DNA of 64,000 nucleotides from contig JAJRXZ010000004.1 of assembly GCA_024276015.1 (NCBI GenBank), positions 20,216-84,215 on the forward strand. Reading direction: 5' to 3'. This DNA comes from Spirochaetota bacterium. Its GTDB lineage: Bacteria; Spirochaetota; UBA4802; UBA5550. The notes beneath the pieces were generated by a model. It did no database searches. It worked only from the letters and a program-made list of their open reading frames with translations, and was not told where the DNA came from. Below, piece after piece: positions 11,457 through 21,620 of this stretch (position 1 is the stretch's first letter; the number at the start of each line of letters is the position of its first letter). The position numbers and the translations under genes were made by a program.

Positions 11457-11474
11457 TTGTGAAATAAATCACAA
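11457..11474. promoter_or_regulatory. Rex operator (TTGTGAAATAAATCACAA) overlapping the rex translation-initiation region
   Basis: 17 of 18 positions match the Rex consensus TTGTGAA-N4-TTCACAA. Lies 9 nt upstream of the rex ATG. Implies autoregulation. Confidence 0.6.
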
Positions 11475-11540
11475 ATTACGTCAAGAAATTTACCCCGTAG
11501 GTGTGGAAAAAGAGGTTGAATAATTAATTGCATTAAATAA

Positions 11541-11558
11541 GTGTGATATATTTCACAA
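11541..11558. promoter_or_regulatory. Second Rex-like box (GTGTGATATATTTCACAA) in the rex/DUF1015 divergent intergenic region
   Basis: TGTGA-N6-TCACA palindrome matching the Rex consensus at 16 of 18 positions. Confidence 0.5.
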
Positions 11559-11608
11559 ATTTATAATCATTTTTAGTTGAAAAAAAATAGCTATTAAAAT
11601 ATGTTGAA

Positions 11609-11658
11609 TTATACCGATCGTTATTGAGAATTTCCATATTAAATGAATCGGTATATGA
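11609..11658 (+). repeat. Conserved leader element, copy 1 (hairpin 1 only: TATACCGATCG-loop-AATCGGTATA)
   Basis: Near-identical to the first 50 nt of the copies at 14688, 33445 and 43294. Located 20 nt upstream of the DUF1015 start. Confidence 0.7.
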
Positions 11659-11677
11659 CAATAATTAAAGAGGAATT

Positions 11678-12907
11678 ATGGCTGATATAAGTGCATTCAG
11701 AGGATTACGACCCAAGAAGGATCTGGCAAAAGATGTTTCGGAATTGCCCTATGATGTGGTGAGCAGAAGTGAAGCAAAAAAGATTGCTGAAAACAATGAA
11801 TACAGTTTCTTCCATATTACGAGACCTGAAATTTCTATGTCCGATGATACCGATCCCTATCATGAAAGCGTTTACCAAAAGGGAAAGGAAAATCTCCATA
11901 GGTTTATAAGAGATAAAATACTTATTAAGGATGAAACACCGAAATTATATCTATATACCCAGATAATGAATGAGCGTGAGCAGACCGGACTTGTTGCCTG
12001 TGTAAATATTGATGATTATATAAACAATAATGTTAAGAAGCATGAATTGACCAGAGAAGACAAAGAGAGAGACAGAACAAGGCACCTTGATATTCTGAAT
12101 GCAAATACGGGACTTGTATTTTTACTCTATCGTGAAGACGGATCAAAAAAAGGTCTCTTTGAAAGAGCCAAAGCTGAAGAGCCCGAATACGATTTCGAAA
12201 CCGATGACGGAATACGTCATATTGTAAGAGTAATAAATGATGAAGATCTGATCAAATCTTTTGAAGAAAGTTTTGCAGAAAATACTCTTTTTATTGCGGA
12301 CGGACATCACAGAGCGGCGTCTGCGGTCAATGTGGGGCTAATGAGGAGAAAAAGGGAGAAAAATTTTACAGGAAAGGAAGAGTATAACCGTTTTCTTGCA
12401 GTAATATTTCCTCATGATCAGTTGAAGATCTTACCATACAATAGGGTTGTGAGGGATCTATGCGGCTTAAATACCGAGGATTTTATATCGAAAATTTCCG
12501 GCAGATTTGTTGTTAACCGGAACGGTGTGAAAGTTCCGGGAAGCAAGAGATCCTTTTCAATGTATATTGAGGGCCGGTGGTATTCGCTGGTCTACACCGG
12601 CAGTATGGAAGGAGATACTGTGGATAAACTTGATGTGAGGATCCTTCAGAAGAATATTCTTGAACCGCTGCTTGGAATTAAAGATCCCAGAACTGATAAA
12701 AGAATAAATTTTATCGGTGGTATCAGAGGTGTTGATGAACTGGAAAAACTTGTAGATTCGGGACAATACAGGGTTGCTTTTTCTCTTTATCCTACCTCTG
12801 TTGAGGAATTAATGGCTGTTGCTTCAGAAGAAGGCATTATGCCTCCCAAATCCACCTGGTTTGAACCGAAATTGAGAAGCGGTTTGTTTATTCATCTTTT
12901 AAGCTGA
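11678..12907 (+). CDS. DUF1015 family protein
   Basis: 409 aa. N-terminus (MADISAFRGLRP…PYDVVSR…) is characteristic of DUF1015. AGAGGAA RBS. Confidence 0.75.
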   Translation: MADISAFRGLRPKKDLAKDVSELPYDVVSRSEAKKIAENNEYSFFHITRPEISMSDDTDPYHESVYQKGKENLHRFIRDKILIKDETPKLYLYTQIMNEREQTGLVACVNIDDYINNNVKKHELTREDKERDRTRHLDILNANTGLVFLLYREDGSKKGLFERAKAEEPEYDFETDDGIRHIVRVINDEDLIKSFEESFAENTLFIADGHHRAASAVNVGLMRRKREKNFTGKEEYNRFLAVIFPHDQLKILPYNRVVRDLCGLNTEDFISKISGRFVVNRNGVKVPGSKRSFSMYIEGRWYSLVYTGSMEGDTVDKLDVRILQKNILEPLLGIKDPRTDKRINFIGGIRGVDELEKLVDSGQYRVAFSLYPTSVEELMAVASEEGIMPPKSTWFEPKLRSGLFIHLLS

Positions 12908-12988
12908 TTTTTTAATTTTTTTTTGAACTAATTTGCAGATTTTCTTATATTAAAAGATAATTTTACAGGAATTATTTTACTCTGTGTA

Positions 12989-13501
12989 TTGCAGAATGGA
13001 TTTCCTGTTATAGCAATAAGAAGCTGTTGTATGGATAGAAGAGACAAACTTCCGGGCAGAAATCTGAAGAATTTTCTGCATTCTTTTCTTAAATCATTTT
13101 TTTTTAGAGAGAAAAGTTGCGAGGATGTTGTAGTTGATGCTTCGGGAAAGCTCGATATTGGGGAATTTGAGATTTTTCAGCTATCCTATGAAGCATGGTT
13201 CGGTGAGGAGGGTGAAATTAAGTTTCTTGAAGAGAACTTTTTATTATACCTTAATGCCGGGACAATTCCCCAGTGGGTCAGACATTATTCAAGAAATATA
13301 ATATTAGAGTATAAATCGGGTCGGCTTGATAAAAATTCTCCCCGATTTCATAAATTTGACAGAAAACCCCACAGTCTATTAATGGAAAAACCGGGTTTAT
13401 TGAATTATATTCTTGTTGCAGGTTTTCTTGCAGTAATAGTTATTTTTATAGTCTGTTTTTCCATGTCTTATATTGGAATTGCGGGAAAATTTTTAAAATA
13501 A
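12989..13501 (+). CDS. Hypothetical protein with C-terminal transmembrane helix (start uncertain)
   Basis: ORF only. Hydrophobic C-terminus. No motif. Confidence 0.3.
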   Translation: MQNGFPVIAIRSCCMDRRDKLPGRNLKNFLHSFLKSFFFREKSCEDVVVDASGKLDIGEFEIFQLSYEAWFGEEGEIKFLEENFLLYLNAGTIPQWVRHYSRNIILEYKSGRLDKNSPRFHKFDRKPHSLLMEKPGLLNYILVAGFLAVIVIFIVCFSMSYIGIAGKFLK

Positions 13502-13663
13502 AATGGCATCACGCTGATCAAGAGTTAAAATTCGGTTATTTTCTTGACTCCGAAATCAAATACAATAAAAACATCAAAAATTATTTTTACAATAAAGACA
13601 ATCTGAATATTTTTGTTTATAGAGATGCTGCGTGAAATTATATAAGGGCTTAGAGTTGATAAA

Positions 13664-14263
13664 TTGAAAAATCTTTTTATTGCTGTTATAATTGTTGTTT
13701 TTAAGATTTCTCTATTTGCTCTGCCTCTTGCAGGCGGCGGTATTGGTGAAGATAATCCCATCAATGACCATTACTTTATAGAGCTGGAATTGGGGTGGAA
13801 CGGTTATGTCGGTACCGGGTCGAGAATAGATATCAGCCTGAATGATCATTTCAGTATAAATGCAGGCGCAGGTATGGGGTACTGGGGATACAGATTAGGC
13901 GCCGGTTTCAGGGCCTACAACCGGTTTCCCTATGGTATTGCCTTTGCAATGGGACTTTCCTATAATGGCGGAACTGTTGAACGGGAGATGAAACTGAGAA
14001 CAATCGGCGCAGCAGGTATTGTTGACAAAGATCCTGTTTTAATTGAGCTTAAACCGGTTACTGCAATGAATGTATCTTTTTTGTATTCACTTCCGGCCGG
14101 CAGAAATAAGATCTATCTTGAAATGGGTTATTCCTTTGCTCTGAGCAGTCAAGAATACACCTATATTGTTGAATCGGGAAATGAATTGCATCCTCAATCA
14201 AAGGAAACCCTTGATTCTCTTCGCCCGGGCGGTTTCCTGTTTTCCATCGGATATGCTTTTTAA
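13664..14263 (+). CDS. Putative outer-membrane beta-barrel protein
   Basis: Signal peptide. Alternating Gly/aromatic beta-strand pattern. C-terminal …SIGYAF ending in Phe. Confidence 0.5.
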   Translation: MKNLFIAVIIVVFKISLFALPLAGGGIGEDNPINDHYFIELELGWNGYVGTGSRIDISLNDHFSINAGAGMGYWGYRLGAGFRAYNRFPYGIAFAMGLSYNGGTVEREMKLRTIGAAGIVDKDPVLIELKPVTAMNVSFLYSLPAGRNKIYLEMGYSFALSSQEYTYIVESGNELHPQSKETLDSLRPGGFLFSIGYAF

Positions 14264-14687
14264 GCGTAACATGTTTTAAATGACCGGCAAATATGCATAG
14301 GCTGTTAACAGTTATATGGAATCAATTATTAACTCGACTTAGGCGTTTTTTATATAATATGATGAGCAAATTTGCGAATTTTATTCGTTAACATAATGCA
14401 GAAAAAACGGGTGAAAATCGCCTAACTGGAGTTATTAATTGTTTTGCCGAACCTGCTCTATATAATTTTTATGTAAAAACCAATATATTTAAAAAATATG
14501 TTTGCCAAATAATATTTATATTAAATTTATGTTAATTGCATAGGATATTATAAAAAAAATATTGCTATTTCCACTGTTTTTTTCAGATTGACTTATAGGA
14601 TGAATAGAATGGAGAAGTTTACGCCTGTAGAGAAATAATTTTACAGCAAATATCTATGGATGAGACTTCCTTCTGTTTTGATTGGAC

Positions 14688-14795
14688 TATACCGATCGTT
14701 ATTGAGAATTTCCATATTAAATGAATCGGTATATGATTTAAGCAGGATTTTGCCCTTTGCCAAGGGATAAAATATAGGCTTTTTGATATAAATTA
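14688..14795 (+). repeat. Conserved leader element, copy 2 (hairpin 1 + palindrome GGATTTTGCCCTTTGCCAAGGGATAAAAT + TTTTTGATATAAAT)
   Basis: Read directly from the sequence. Lies 33 nt upstream of the glutamate synthase operon start. Confidence 0.7.
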
Positions 14796-14827
14796 CTATA
14801 ATAAATTTAATAAAAAGAAGTAAAATT

Positions 14828-15970
14828 ATGTGCCGATTAGCTTTAAAAACATCATCAACACCATTTTCACCTTACAGCGTTCTGGAAGCCATGGAAGCAA
14901 TGCAGGAAGGGTATGACGGAAGCGGACTTGGTCTTCTTCTGCGCGGTCTTGAATTTTTAGATTATAATTATCAGACCAAAGACCCTATTTTCTCAGGCAT
15001 TGCCCATACCCATGAAGCTTTAAACCGCCTTGATTCATTTATGCAGGAGAAGGGGTTTACTTTAAAGTATGATCATGAGTTCAATGTTGATCATTCAAAG
15101 GTGGAAGCCCCTGACAGATATAAATATCTTCTCCGTATATACAATTTTCCTGAAATATGGAAAGATTATGATAAAGACAGGATCGAACATGAATTAATGA
15201 TGACCCGCCTTGAATTAAGAAGGGATGGAGAGAATCATAATGGAGACCTTACGCTTTTTTCTTTCTGGCCCGAGGTTGTTATTATTAAAGAGGTTGGCTG
15301 GCCTCTGGGCATTGGGGATTCCCTTGGTCTGTCTGATAACAGAATAAAGGCAAGACTGGTAATGGCTCAGGGCAGGCAAAATACAAACTGGGGCATTAAT
15401 CTGTATGCATGCCATCCCTTTTTCCTTCAGGGTGTTTCCACAATGACAAATGGTGAAAATACAGCCTTTATTCCTATTAAAGAATGGCTTATGGGCGTGC
15501 AATTTCCCGGTTATATAGGCTACCAGAGCGACAGTGAAGTATTTACGCATATTTTACATTATACTATTAAAAAGCTGAAACTCCCGCTCGAAGTTTATAA
15601 ACACATTATCACTCCGCTGAAAACAGAGGAGCTGTTAGATCATCCTCAGGGAGATTTTCTAAGAGGCTTGCGGGATGTAACCAGAAAGCTGATCATTGAC
15701 GGGCCCAATTGTGTTATAGGGTCTTTACAAGATGAAACATGTTTCATGGTAATGGACCACAAGAAATTACGTCCCGGTACAGTGGGCGGAAAAGAAGGCG
15801 AATGGGCAATGGCTTCCGAGATGTGCGGCGTTGACGCAATGATTCCCGAAAGGGACCGTTCCCTCGATTTTCAGCCAATGCGAGAGAACATGGTAATAAT
15901 ATCCCCAGACCGAAAGGAGTATAAGATATGGTCACAATTCGATCCATACCCTCAACACCGGGTAGCCTGA
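14828..15970 (+). CDS. Glutamate synthase, glutamine amidotransferase (class II, Ntn) subunit (archaeal-type split GltS)
   Basis: MCRLA… with Cys right after Met is the Ntn nucleophile. Class-II GATase-like. First gene of three. Confidence 0.8.
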   Translation: MCRLALKTSSTPFSPYSVLEAMEAMQEGYDGSGLGLLLRGLEFLDYNYQTKDPIFSGIAHTHEALNRLDSFMQEKGFTLKYDHEFNVDHSKVEAPDRYKYLLRIYNFPEIWKDYDKDRIEHELMMTRLELRRDGENHNGDLTLFSFWPEVVIIKEVGWPLGIGDSLGLSDNRIKARLVMAQGRQNTNWGINLYACHPFFLQGVSTMTNGENTAFIPIKEWLMGVQFPGYIGYQSDSEVFTHILHYTIKKLKLPLEVYKHIITPLKTEELLDHPQGDFLRGLRDVTRKLIIDGPNCVIGSLQDETCFMVMDHKKLRPGTVGGKEGEWAMASEMCGVDAMIPERDRSLDFQPMRENMVIISPDRKEYKIWSQFDPYPQHRVA

Positions 15971-17565
15971 CATACACTGATCTTCCATGGATAATCAATC
16001 ATATTGAAGATAGATGCACACTGTGCGGGAAATGCACTTCGGTTTGCCCCACTTCCGCAATATATCTCGGTTACAGACGACAGAGAATCCCGCAGATCGA
16101 TATTTATAATAAAGACAGAAAAACATCCTACAGAACATTTGCGGGCATAAGGCAGAGGCTTGACGTAGAGCACAGATGCATCGGGTGCGGTATGTGTTCC
16201 ATGGTTTGCCCCAATGAGGCAATAACTCCTGTCTTAAACTCAAATGACGACAGGCTCAAGTTTCATATACATCAGGGCGGCGATGCGTGGAAACGAGGCG
16301 GGAGAAGAAATAGCAGGGAATCTTTGCTGGACAATATTATTTTTACGAGGATCTCAATGCTTACAGACCCGGCGCTTGATGCCGGCAGGCATGAATTCTA
16401 TCTAAACACAATTCTGGGACGAATTCTCTCTCCTGAGGAATATCTGAAGAGGAAGGAAAAGGGCCAATGGATACCCCCCACAAGGGAGATTTTCCCCTTT
16501 ATTATAGGCTCTATGTCATTCGGCGCAATGTCTCCCAATATGTGGCTTGGCCTTCTGCAGGGCGTTGCATACTGCAACGAGGTGCTTGGCATTCCCGTTG
16601 TTATGGCAACGGGCGAGGGAGGGTGTCCCCCGTGGGTTTTAAAAAGCCCCTTCCTTAAGTATATTATACTGCAGATCGCATCAGGTTATTTCGGATGGGA
16701 CGAGATAATCAGGGCTATTCCCGATATGCAGTGCGACCCTGCGGCAATTGAAATAAAGTACGGGCAGGGCGCAAAACCGGGCGACGGCGGACTTTTAATG
16801 TGGTATAAGGTGAGTAAACTCATTGCCCGTCTCAGGGGCGTTCCGCAATCCGTTGATCTGCCTTCGCCTCCGGTACATCAGACGCTCTATTCCATAGAGG
16901 AGAGTGTTATGAAAATGATCCAGTCTCTGTCAATGGCATGGGGGTTCAGAGTGCCTGTATATCCCAAAATATCCGGTTCCAATTCTGCAAAATCGGTACT
17001 TAATAATCTTGTCAGAAATCCCTATGCTTCGGCTCTGTTGATAGACGGAGTAGACGGAGGAACCGGAGCAGCCTATAATGTAAGTATGGATGCAATGGGT
17101 TATCCCATAGCTTCAAATCTCAGAGAGTGTTATCTTGATCTTGCTGCTCAGGGAAAACAGAATGAGATCCCCCTCTTTGCCGCAGGCGGAGTGGGCAAGA
17201 ACGGAAATGTAACGCAAAACGGTATGGCTCTGATCATGCTTGGCGCAAGCGGCGTTCATATCGGCAAATATGTGATGCAGTCTATAGCAGGCTGCCTTGG
17301 AAGTGAAAGGAACAGATGCAATGTATGCAACTTGGGCATTTGCCCCAAAGGTATAACGAGCCAAAATCCGAAGCTCTACAGACGTCTTGATCCGGATCAG
17401 GTAGCTCAGAGAGTAGTCGATGTCTTCCAGGCAATCAGAACGGAGATGAAGAAGATCATGGCGCCGCTTGGAAGGTCTCAGAGTCTTCCTATCGGTATGA
17501 GCGATGCTATTGGGATAAACGATAAGGCAGCGGCGGATAAGTTGAAAATAAATTATATATGTTAA
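15928..17565 (+). CDS. Glutamate synthase FMN-binding subunit with N-terminal 2x[4Fe-4S] ferredoxin domain
   Basis: Two CxxCxxCxxxCP motifs. GltS central-domain motifs (…ATGEGG…, …GAKPGDGG…). GGAG RBS. Confidence 0.82.
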   Translation: MVTIRSIPSTPGSLTYTDLPWIINHIEDRCTLCGKCTSVCPTSAIYLGYRRQRIPQIDIYNKDRKTSYRTFAGIRQRLDVEHRCIGCGMCSMVCPNEAITPVLNSNDDRLKFHIHQGGDAWKRGGRRNSRESLLDNIIFTRISMLTDPALDAGRHEFYLNTILGRILSPEEYLKRKEKGQWIPPTREIFPFIIGSMSFGAMSPNMWLGLLQGVAYCNEVLGIPVVMATGEGGCPPWVLKSPFLKYIILQIASGYFGWDEIIRAIPDMQCDPAAIEIKYGQGAKPGDGGLLMWYKVSKLIARLRGVPQSVDLPSPPVHQTLYSIEESVMKMIQSLSMAWGFRVPVYPKISGSNSAKSVLNNLVRNPYASALLIDGVDGGTGAAYNVSMDAMGYPIASNLRECYLDLAAQGKQNEIPLFAAGGVGKNGNVTQNGMALIMLGASGVHIGKYVMQSIAGCLGSERNRCNVCNLGICPKGITSQNPKLYRRLDPDQVAQRVVDVFQAIRTEMKKIMAPLGRSQSLPIGMSDAIGINDKAAADKLKINYIC

Positions 17566-17619
17566 GATGTTTCAGTATGCTGTTTGATAAAAGGGTTTAT
17601 AAAGAGAGGAGACAGATAA

Positions 17620-19953
17620 GTGAAGGGCATAACCGAAGATTATATAACAATTAAAGGGGTTGATGACAAGGGCAAACGTATCAGTTCCAAAGATTATGAA
17701 GATATGGTGCAGGATGCCTTGAAGAGATCCAACAGGCTGATACTCTGGACCAAGGGGCAGCACAATGTTGGCGGACGTCTCAGGCATGAATCGGGCTCTG
17801 TTTTTATAAGAGTGAAAGGTCCTGTGGGCCAGCGGCTGGGATGTATGGGCCAGCCCGGCACAACAATTATCTGTGAAGGGCAGGCCTCCGACGATGTGGG
17901 ATATCTCAATATCGGAGCGGATATTGTTATTCTTGGAGATGCAACCAACGGAGTTTGTAATGCTACTGCCCAGGGCAGGGTGATGGTGCGCGGTTCAATC
18001 GGTTCCAGAGGCCTCACAATGACTAAGTGGAATCCCGATTATAAAAGGCCCGAACTATGGGTTCTCGGTTCCGTAGGGGATACCTTTGCAGAATTCAACT
18101 GCGGTGGAATTGCCGTTGTGTGCGGAATTAACCCGAAAAATCCGGATAATATTCTGGGATACCGCCCCTGCGTTGGAATGGTAGGCGGAACAATATTCTA
18201 CCGCGGAAAAACCGACAATACATACTCCGGAAATGATGTACGCCTTTCAGAACCGAATGACGAGCAGTGGCAGTGGCTTGTTTCACAGATGCCCCAATAT
18301 CTTGAAACCATTGAACGAAGCGATCTTTTAGAGGAGTTAACGGTTCGTGAAGAGTGGAAAGTTCTTGAAGCCATTCCCCCTCAGGAAAAATCACTGAGGC
18401 GCAGCGGGACCATGACCATTGAGGAGTTCAGGATAAAAGTATGGGAGAAGGCTTTCGGAGGCGACCCGCTTCGTGATCTTGCGCCGGGACTTGACCGTGA
18501 ACCTATCGGTTTAATTGAATCGGGCGATTTAAGGCGGAAAGTGCCCTTCTGGGCAAACAGGCAGTCTGCTGCGCCCTGTACATATTATTGTCCTGCGCAT
18601 ATACCCACTGTTGATCGTCTCAGACTTATCAGAGAGGGCAAGCTGGACCAAGCTTACCGGCTGACCCTGAATCATACTCCTTTCCCTGCATCGGTTTGCG
18701 GTTCCATCTGCCCCAATCTCTGTATGTCCAACTGTTCGAGACAGCGTGTTGACAAAAGCATTGATATTGCCCTTCTGGGGCGTTCTGTTCAGAATGCAGA
18801 GGCTCCTGAACTTAAGCCGCCCACCGGTAAAAAGGCGGCAATTGTGGGCGGAGGACCTGCAGGCTTAAGCGCTGCATGGCAGCTTGCTCTTGCAGGAGTT
18901 GAAGCTCATATCTTTGAGAAGGATAATAAGCTGGGCGGAAAAATGGCGCAGGTCATTCCCTGGGAAAGGCTGCCAAGGGCTGTCTGGGATGCAGAGCTTG
19001 AAAGATTATTGAAATTACCCGGTATTCATGTTAATTACGGCGTGAATATGACAAAGGATAAAATAGAAGAGTTAAAAAATAATTTTGATTATGTGATTGT
19101 CGCGGTTGGGGCGCATGAACCTCGCAGGATCCCCTTCCCCGGTTCGGAGAGGGTAATTGCAGGCCTTGATTTCCTGAAGTCTGCCAAATCTGACAATCCC
19201 ATGAAAGTTGGTAAAAAGGTAGTTGTTATAGGAGCCGGTAATGTGGGATGCGATGTTGCCTGTGAGGCATACCGCCTTGGAGCGGATGATGTAACATTGA
19301 TTGATATACAGAAACCTCTTTCCTTCGGCAAGGAGAGAGAAGCGGCAGAGAGGCTTGGAGCCAAATTCCGCTGGCCCGCTGTGACTAAAGAAGTAACGGA
19401 TGAAGGGGTACTCCTTGCCGACGGCGGTTTTATCCCGGCTGATACGGTGATAATTTCTATAGGAGATGTTCCGGCTCTCGATTTTCTGCCGGAGACTGTT
19501 GAAACAATAAAAGGATTGATTAAAACCGGCGAGGCGGGAAACACATCGGATAGTAAGATCCTTGCAATAGGCGATGTGGAAAAACCGGGGCTTGTAACCG
19601 ACGCTCTCGGCAGCGGTAAAAGAGCCGCCGAGTATGTTATAAGTTCATTAAACGGCAGAGAGTGGAAATCATTTAAGATCCCTGTAATTCAGCAGAGCGC
19701 TTTAACTGTTGAGCATTACTGCCCCGATAATAATACGCTGTCTGAGGACGGCGAGGCAGACAGGTGTCTCAGCTGCGGTTCATGCCGCGACTGCGGTTTG
19801 TGTGTTGACATCTGTCCCACTGCTGCAATAAGCAGGATCGACCTAAGTGACGGGCAGTATGAATATAGATCGGATGATGACAAATGTATCGCCTGCGGAT
19901 TCTGTTCGGATACATGCCCCTGCGGTATCTGGATCATGCAGGAGTTCGAATAG
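17620..19953 (+). CDS. Glutamate synthase GXGXG (alpha-subunit C-terminal) domain fused to GltD-like NAD(P)H oxidoreductase and C-terminal dicluster ferredoxin
   Basis: GXGXG repeat region (GQRLGCMGQPGTTIICEGQASDDVGYLNIGADIVILGDATNG). GltD/PreT Fe-S helical domain. Dinucleotide-binding motif (AIVGGGPAGLSAAWQLA). Two C-terminal CxxCxxCxxxCP motifs. GTG start with GAGAGGAGA RBS. Confidence 0.82.
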   Translation: MKGITEDYITIKGVDDKGKRISSKDYEDMVQDALKRSNRLILWTKGQHNVGGRLRHESGSVFIRVKGPVGQRLGCMGQPGTTIICEGQASDDVGYLNIGADIVILGDATNGVCNATAQGRVMVRGSIGSRGLTMTKWNPDYKRPELWVLGSVGDTFAEFNCGGIAVVCGINPKNPDNILGYRPCVGMVGGTIFYRGKTDNTYSGNDVRLSEPNDEQWQWLVSQMPQYLETIERSDLLEELTVREEWKVLEAIPPQEKSLRRSGTMTIEEFRIKVWEKAFGGDPLRDLAPGLDREPIGLIESGDLRRKVPFWANRQSAAPCTYYCPAHIPTVDRLRLIREGKLDQAYRLTLNHTPFPASVCGSICPNLCMSNCSRQRVDKSIDIALLGRSVQNAEAPELKPPTGKKAAIVGGGPAGLSAAWQLALAGVEAHIFEKDNKLGGKMAQVIPWERLPRAVWDAELERLLKLPGIHVNYGVNMTKDKIEELKNNFDYVIVAVGAHEPRRIPFPGSERVIAGLDFLKSAKSDNPMKVGKKVVVIGAGNVGCDVACEAYRLGADDVTLIDIQKPLSFGKEREAAERLGAKFRWPAVTKEVTDEGVLLADGGFIPADTVIISIGDVPALDFLPETVETIKGLIKTGEAGNTSDSKILAIGDVEKPGLVTDALGSGKRAAEYVISSLNGREWKSFKIPVIQQSALTVEHYCPDNNTLSEDGEADRCLSCGSCRDCGLCVDICPTAAISRIDLSDGQYEYRSDDDKCIACGFCSDTCPCGIWIMQEFE

Positions 19954-19980
19954 TCCCGTATTGTCTGAATAAAAAGAATT

Positions 19981-21612
19981 TTATTTATATCTGCCGAATC
20001 GGGAAGTAATGGGATAGCGTCTGTCACGGCCGAAGGCTCTTTCTGTTATCCTTACGCCGGGCGGAGCCTGCCGGCGTTTGTATTCGTTGCGGTCAACCAT
20101 CTTTGCAATATCTTTAACAACATTTTCACTGTAACCTGCATTAACTATCTCTTTTATACACTTATCCTGCTCAATATACATCTCAAGAATCGGGTCCAGA
20201 ATATCGTAGGGGGGCAGGCTGTCTTCGTCCTTCTGATTCGGCGCAAGTTCTGCCGAAGGGGGTCGGCTGATTATTCTTCCGGGGATCACCCTTGAAATCG
20301 AATTTCTATAACGGGAAAGTTTATAAACAAGGGTTTTGGATACATCCTTCAATACGCAGAAGCCTCCGGCCATGTCTCCGTACAATGTTGCATAGCCCAC
20401 AGCCATTTCGCTCTTATTGCCGGTTGTTAAAACTATTTTACCCTTTTTATTGGATATGGCCATAAGAATTACTCCTCTGCACCTGGCCTGAATATTTTCT
20501 TCGGTTGTATCCTCGTCATATTCCTTGAATTGGTCTTTTAATGTTTCAAGAAAACTCTTGAAGGCAGATTCGATAGGAATAACGGAAAAATCGACTCCGA
20601 GTTTCTGAGACATTATTTTTGCGTCTTCGATGCTCATATCTGCCGTGTACCTTGACGGCATTGATACGGCTTCGACATTTTTACTGCCTATAGCATCAGC
20701 GGCAATTGCCAGAGTTAAAGCGGAATCTATGCCGCCGGAAAGTCCGATAACAGCGCCGCTGAATCTGTTTTTATTGATGTAATCTCGAACTCCGAGAACC
20801 AGCGCATTGTAGATGTTTTTGATCAGAGGAGCTTTTTTTTCGCAATGGCCTTTAAGAGGTTCAATCCCGTGTTTGGTTCTGTGAAAATCCACCGCTATCA
20901 AGTCTTCTTTGAATGAGTGCCCGCGGTGAGTGATCTCTCCTTTGCTGTTTAATGCGAAGGAAGCGCCGTCAAAAACCAGCTCATCCTGTCCGCCTATCAT
21001 ATTAACATACAGAACAGGAGTTTTGCATTCATTTACTCTTCTTTTCAGCATTTCTTCCCGTTCTGTATTTTTCGCTGTATGATAGGGCGAAGCATTTATA
21101 TTGATAATTATTTTTGCGCCGGCGCTGCATGCCTTCCGTATGGGCTCGGGATACCAGGCATCTTCGCATATTGTTAATCCCACCGGAATATTGTTGATAT
21201 TGATCACAGCCGGTTCTGCGGATGAGATAAAATATCTCTTTTCATCAAAGACACTGTAATTTGGAAGTTTATGCTTTCTATATATTGAAACTATTTCTCC
21301 TCGGCTTATAACAGCAGCGCTGTTAAATGTTCCCTGCGCTGTTTTTTCCGGAAAACCGGCAATTACTGTTATTTTATCCGTATAAGCTTTTATCTTATTG
21401 ATAGCCGATTCGACTCTCATATAGAGTTCGGGTCTCAGCAGGAGATCTTCGGGAGGATATCCCGTAAGAGCAAGTTCAGGAAAGATAACAAGATGAGCGG
21501 ATAATTCATTGCGGCATTTTTCAGTGACTGCAATTATTCTTTCTGCATTCTCCTCGATTGCGCCAACCATAAAGTTTATCTGAGCCATTGCTGTACGAAG
21601 TTGGGAAACCAA
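19981..21612 (-). CDS. nadE: Glutamine-dependent NAD+ synthetase (nitrilase domain + NAD synthetase domain)
   Basis: 543 aa. N-terminal CN-hydrolase. C-terminal PP-loop SGGIDS. Confidence 0.9.
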   Translation of the reverse strand: MVSQLRTAMAQINFMVGAIEENAERIIAVTEKCRNELSAHLVIFPELALTGYPPEDLLLRPELYMRVESAINKIKAYTDKITVIAGFPEKTAQGTFNSAAVISRGEIVSIYRKHKLPNYSVFDEKRYFISSAEPAVININNIPVGLTICEDAWYPEPIRKACSAGAKIIININASPYHTAKNTEREEMLKRRVNECKTPVLYVNMIGGQDELVFDGASFALNSKGEITHRGHSFKEDLIAVDFHRTKHGIEPLKGHCEKKAPLIKNIYNALVLGVRDYINKNRFSGAVIGLSGGIDSALTLAIAADAIGSKNVEAVSMPSRYTADMSIEDAKIMSQKLGVDFSVIPIESAFKSFLETLKDQFKEYDEDTTEENIQARCRGVILMAISNKKGKIVLTTGNKSEMAVGYATLYGDMAGGFCVLKDVSKTLVYKLSRYRNSISRVIPGRIISRPPSAELAPNQKDEDSLPPYDILDPILEMYIEQDKCIKEIVNAGYSENVVKDIAKMVDRNEYKRRQAPPGVRITERAFGRDRRYPITSRFGRYK

Positions 21613-21620
21613 AGTTATTT

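Noticed and set aside
15928-15970. 43-nt overlap between the glutamate synthase GATase and FMN subunit ORFs as a possible frameshifted fusion
   Set aside because: Both proteins have complete, independent domain boundaries. The second has its own GGAG RBS and ATG. Split subunits are the known archaeal-type arrangement.
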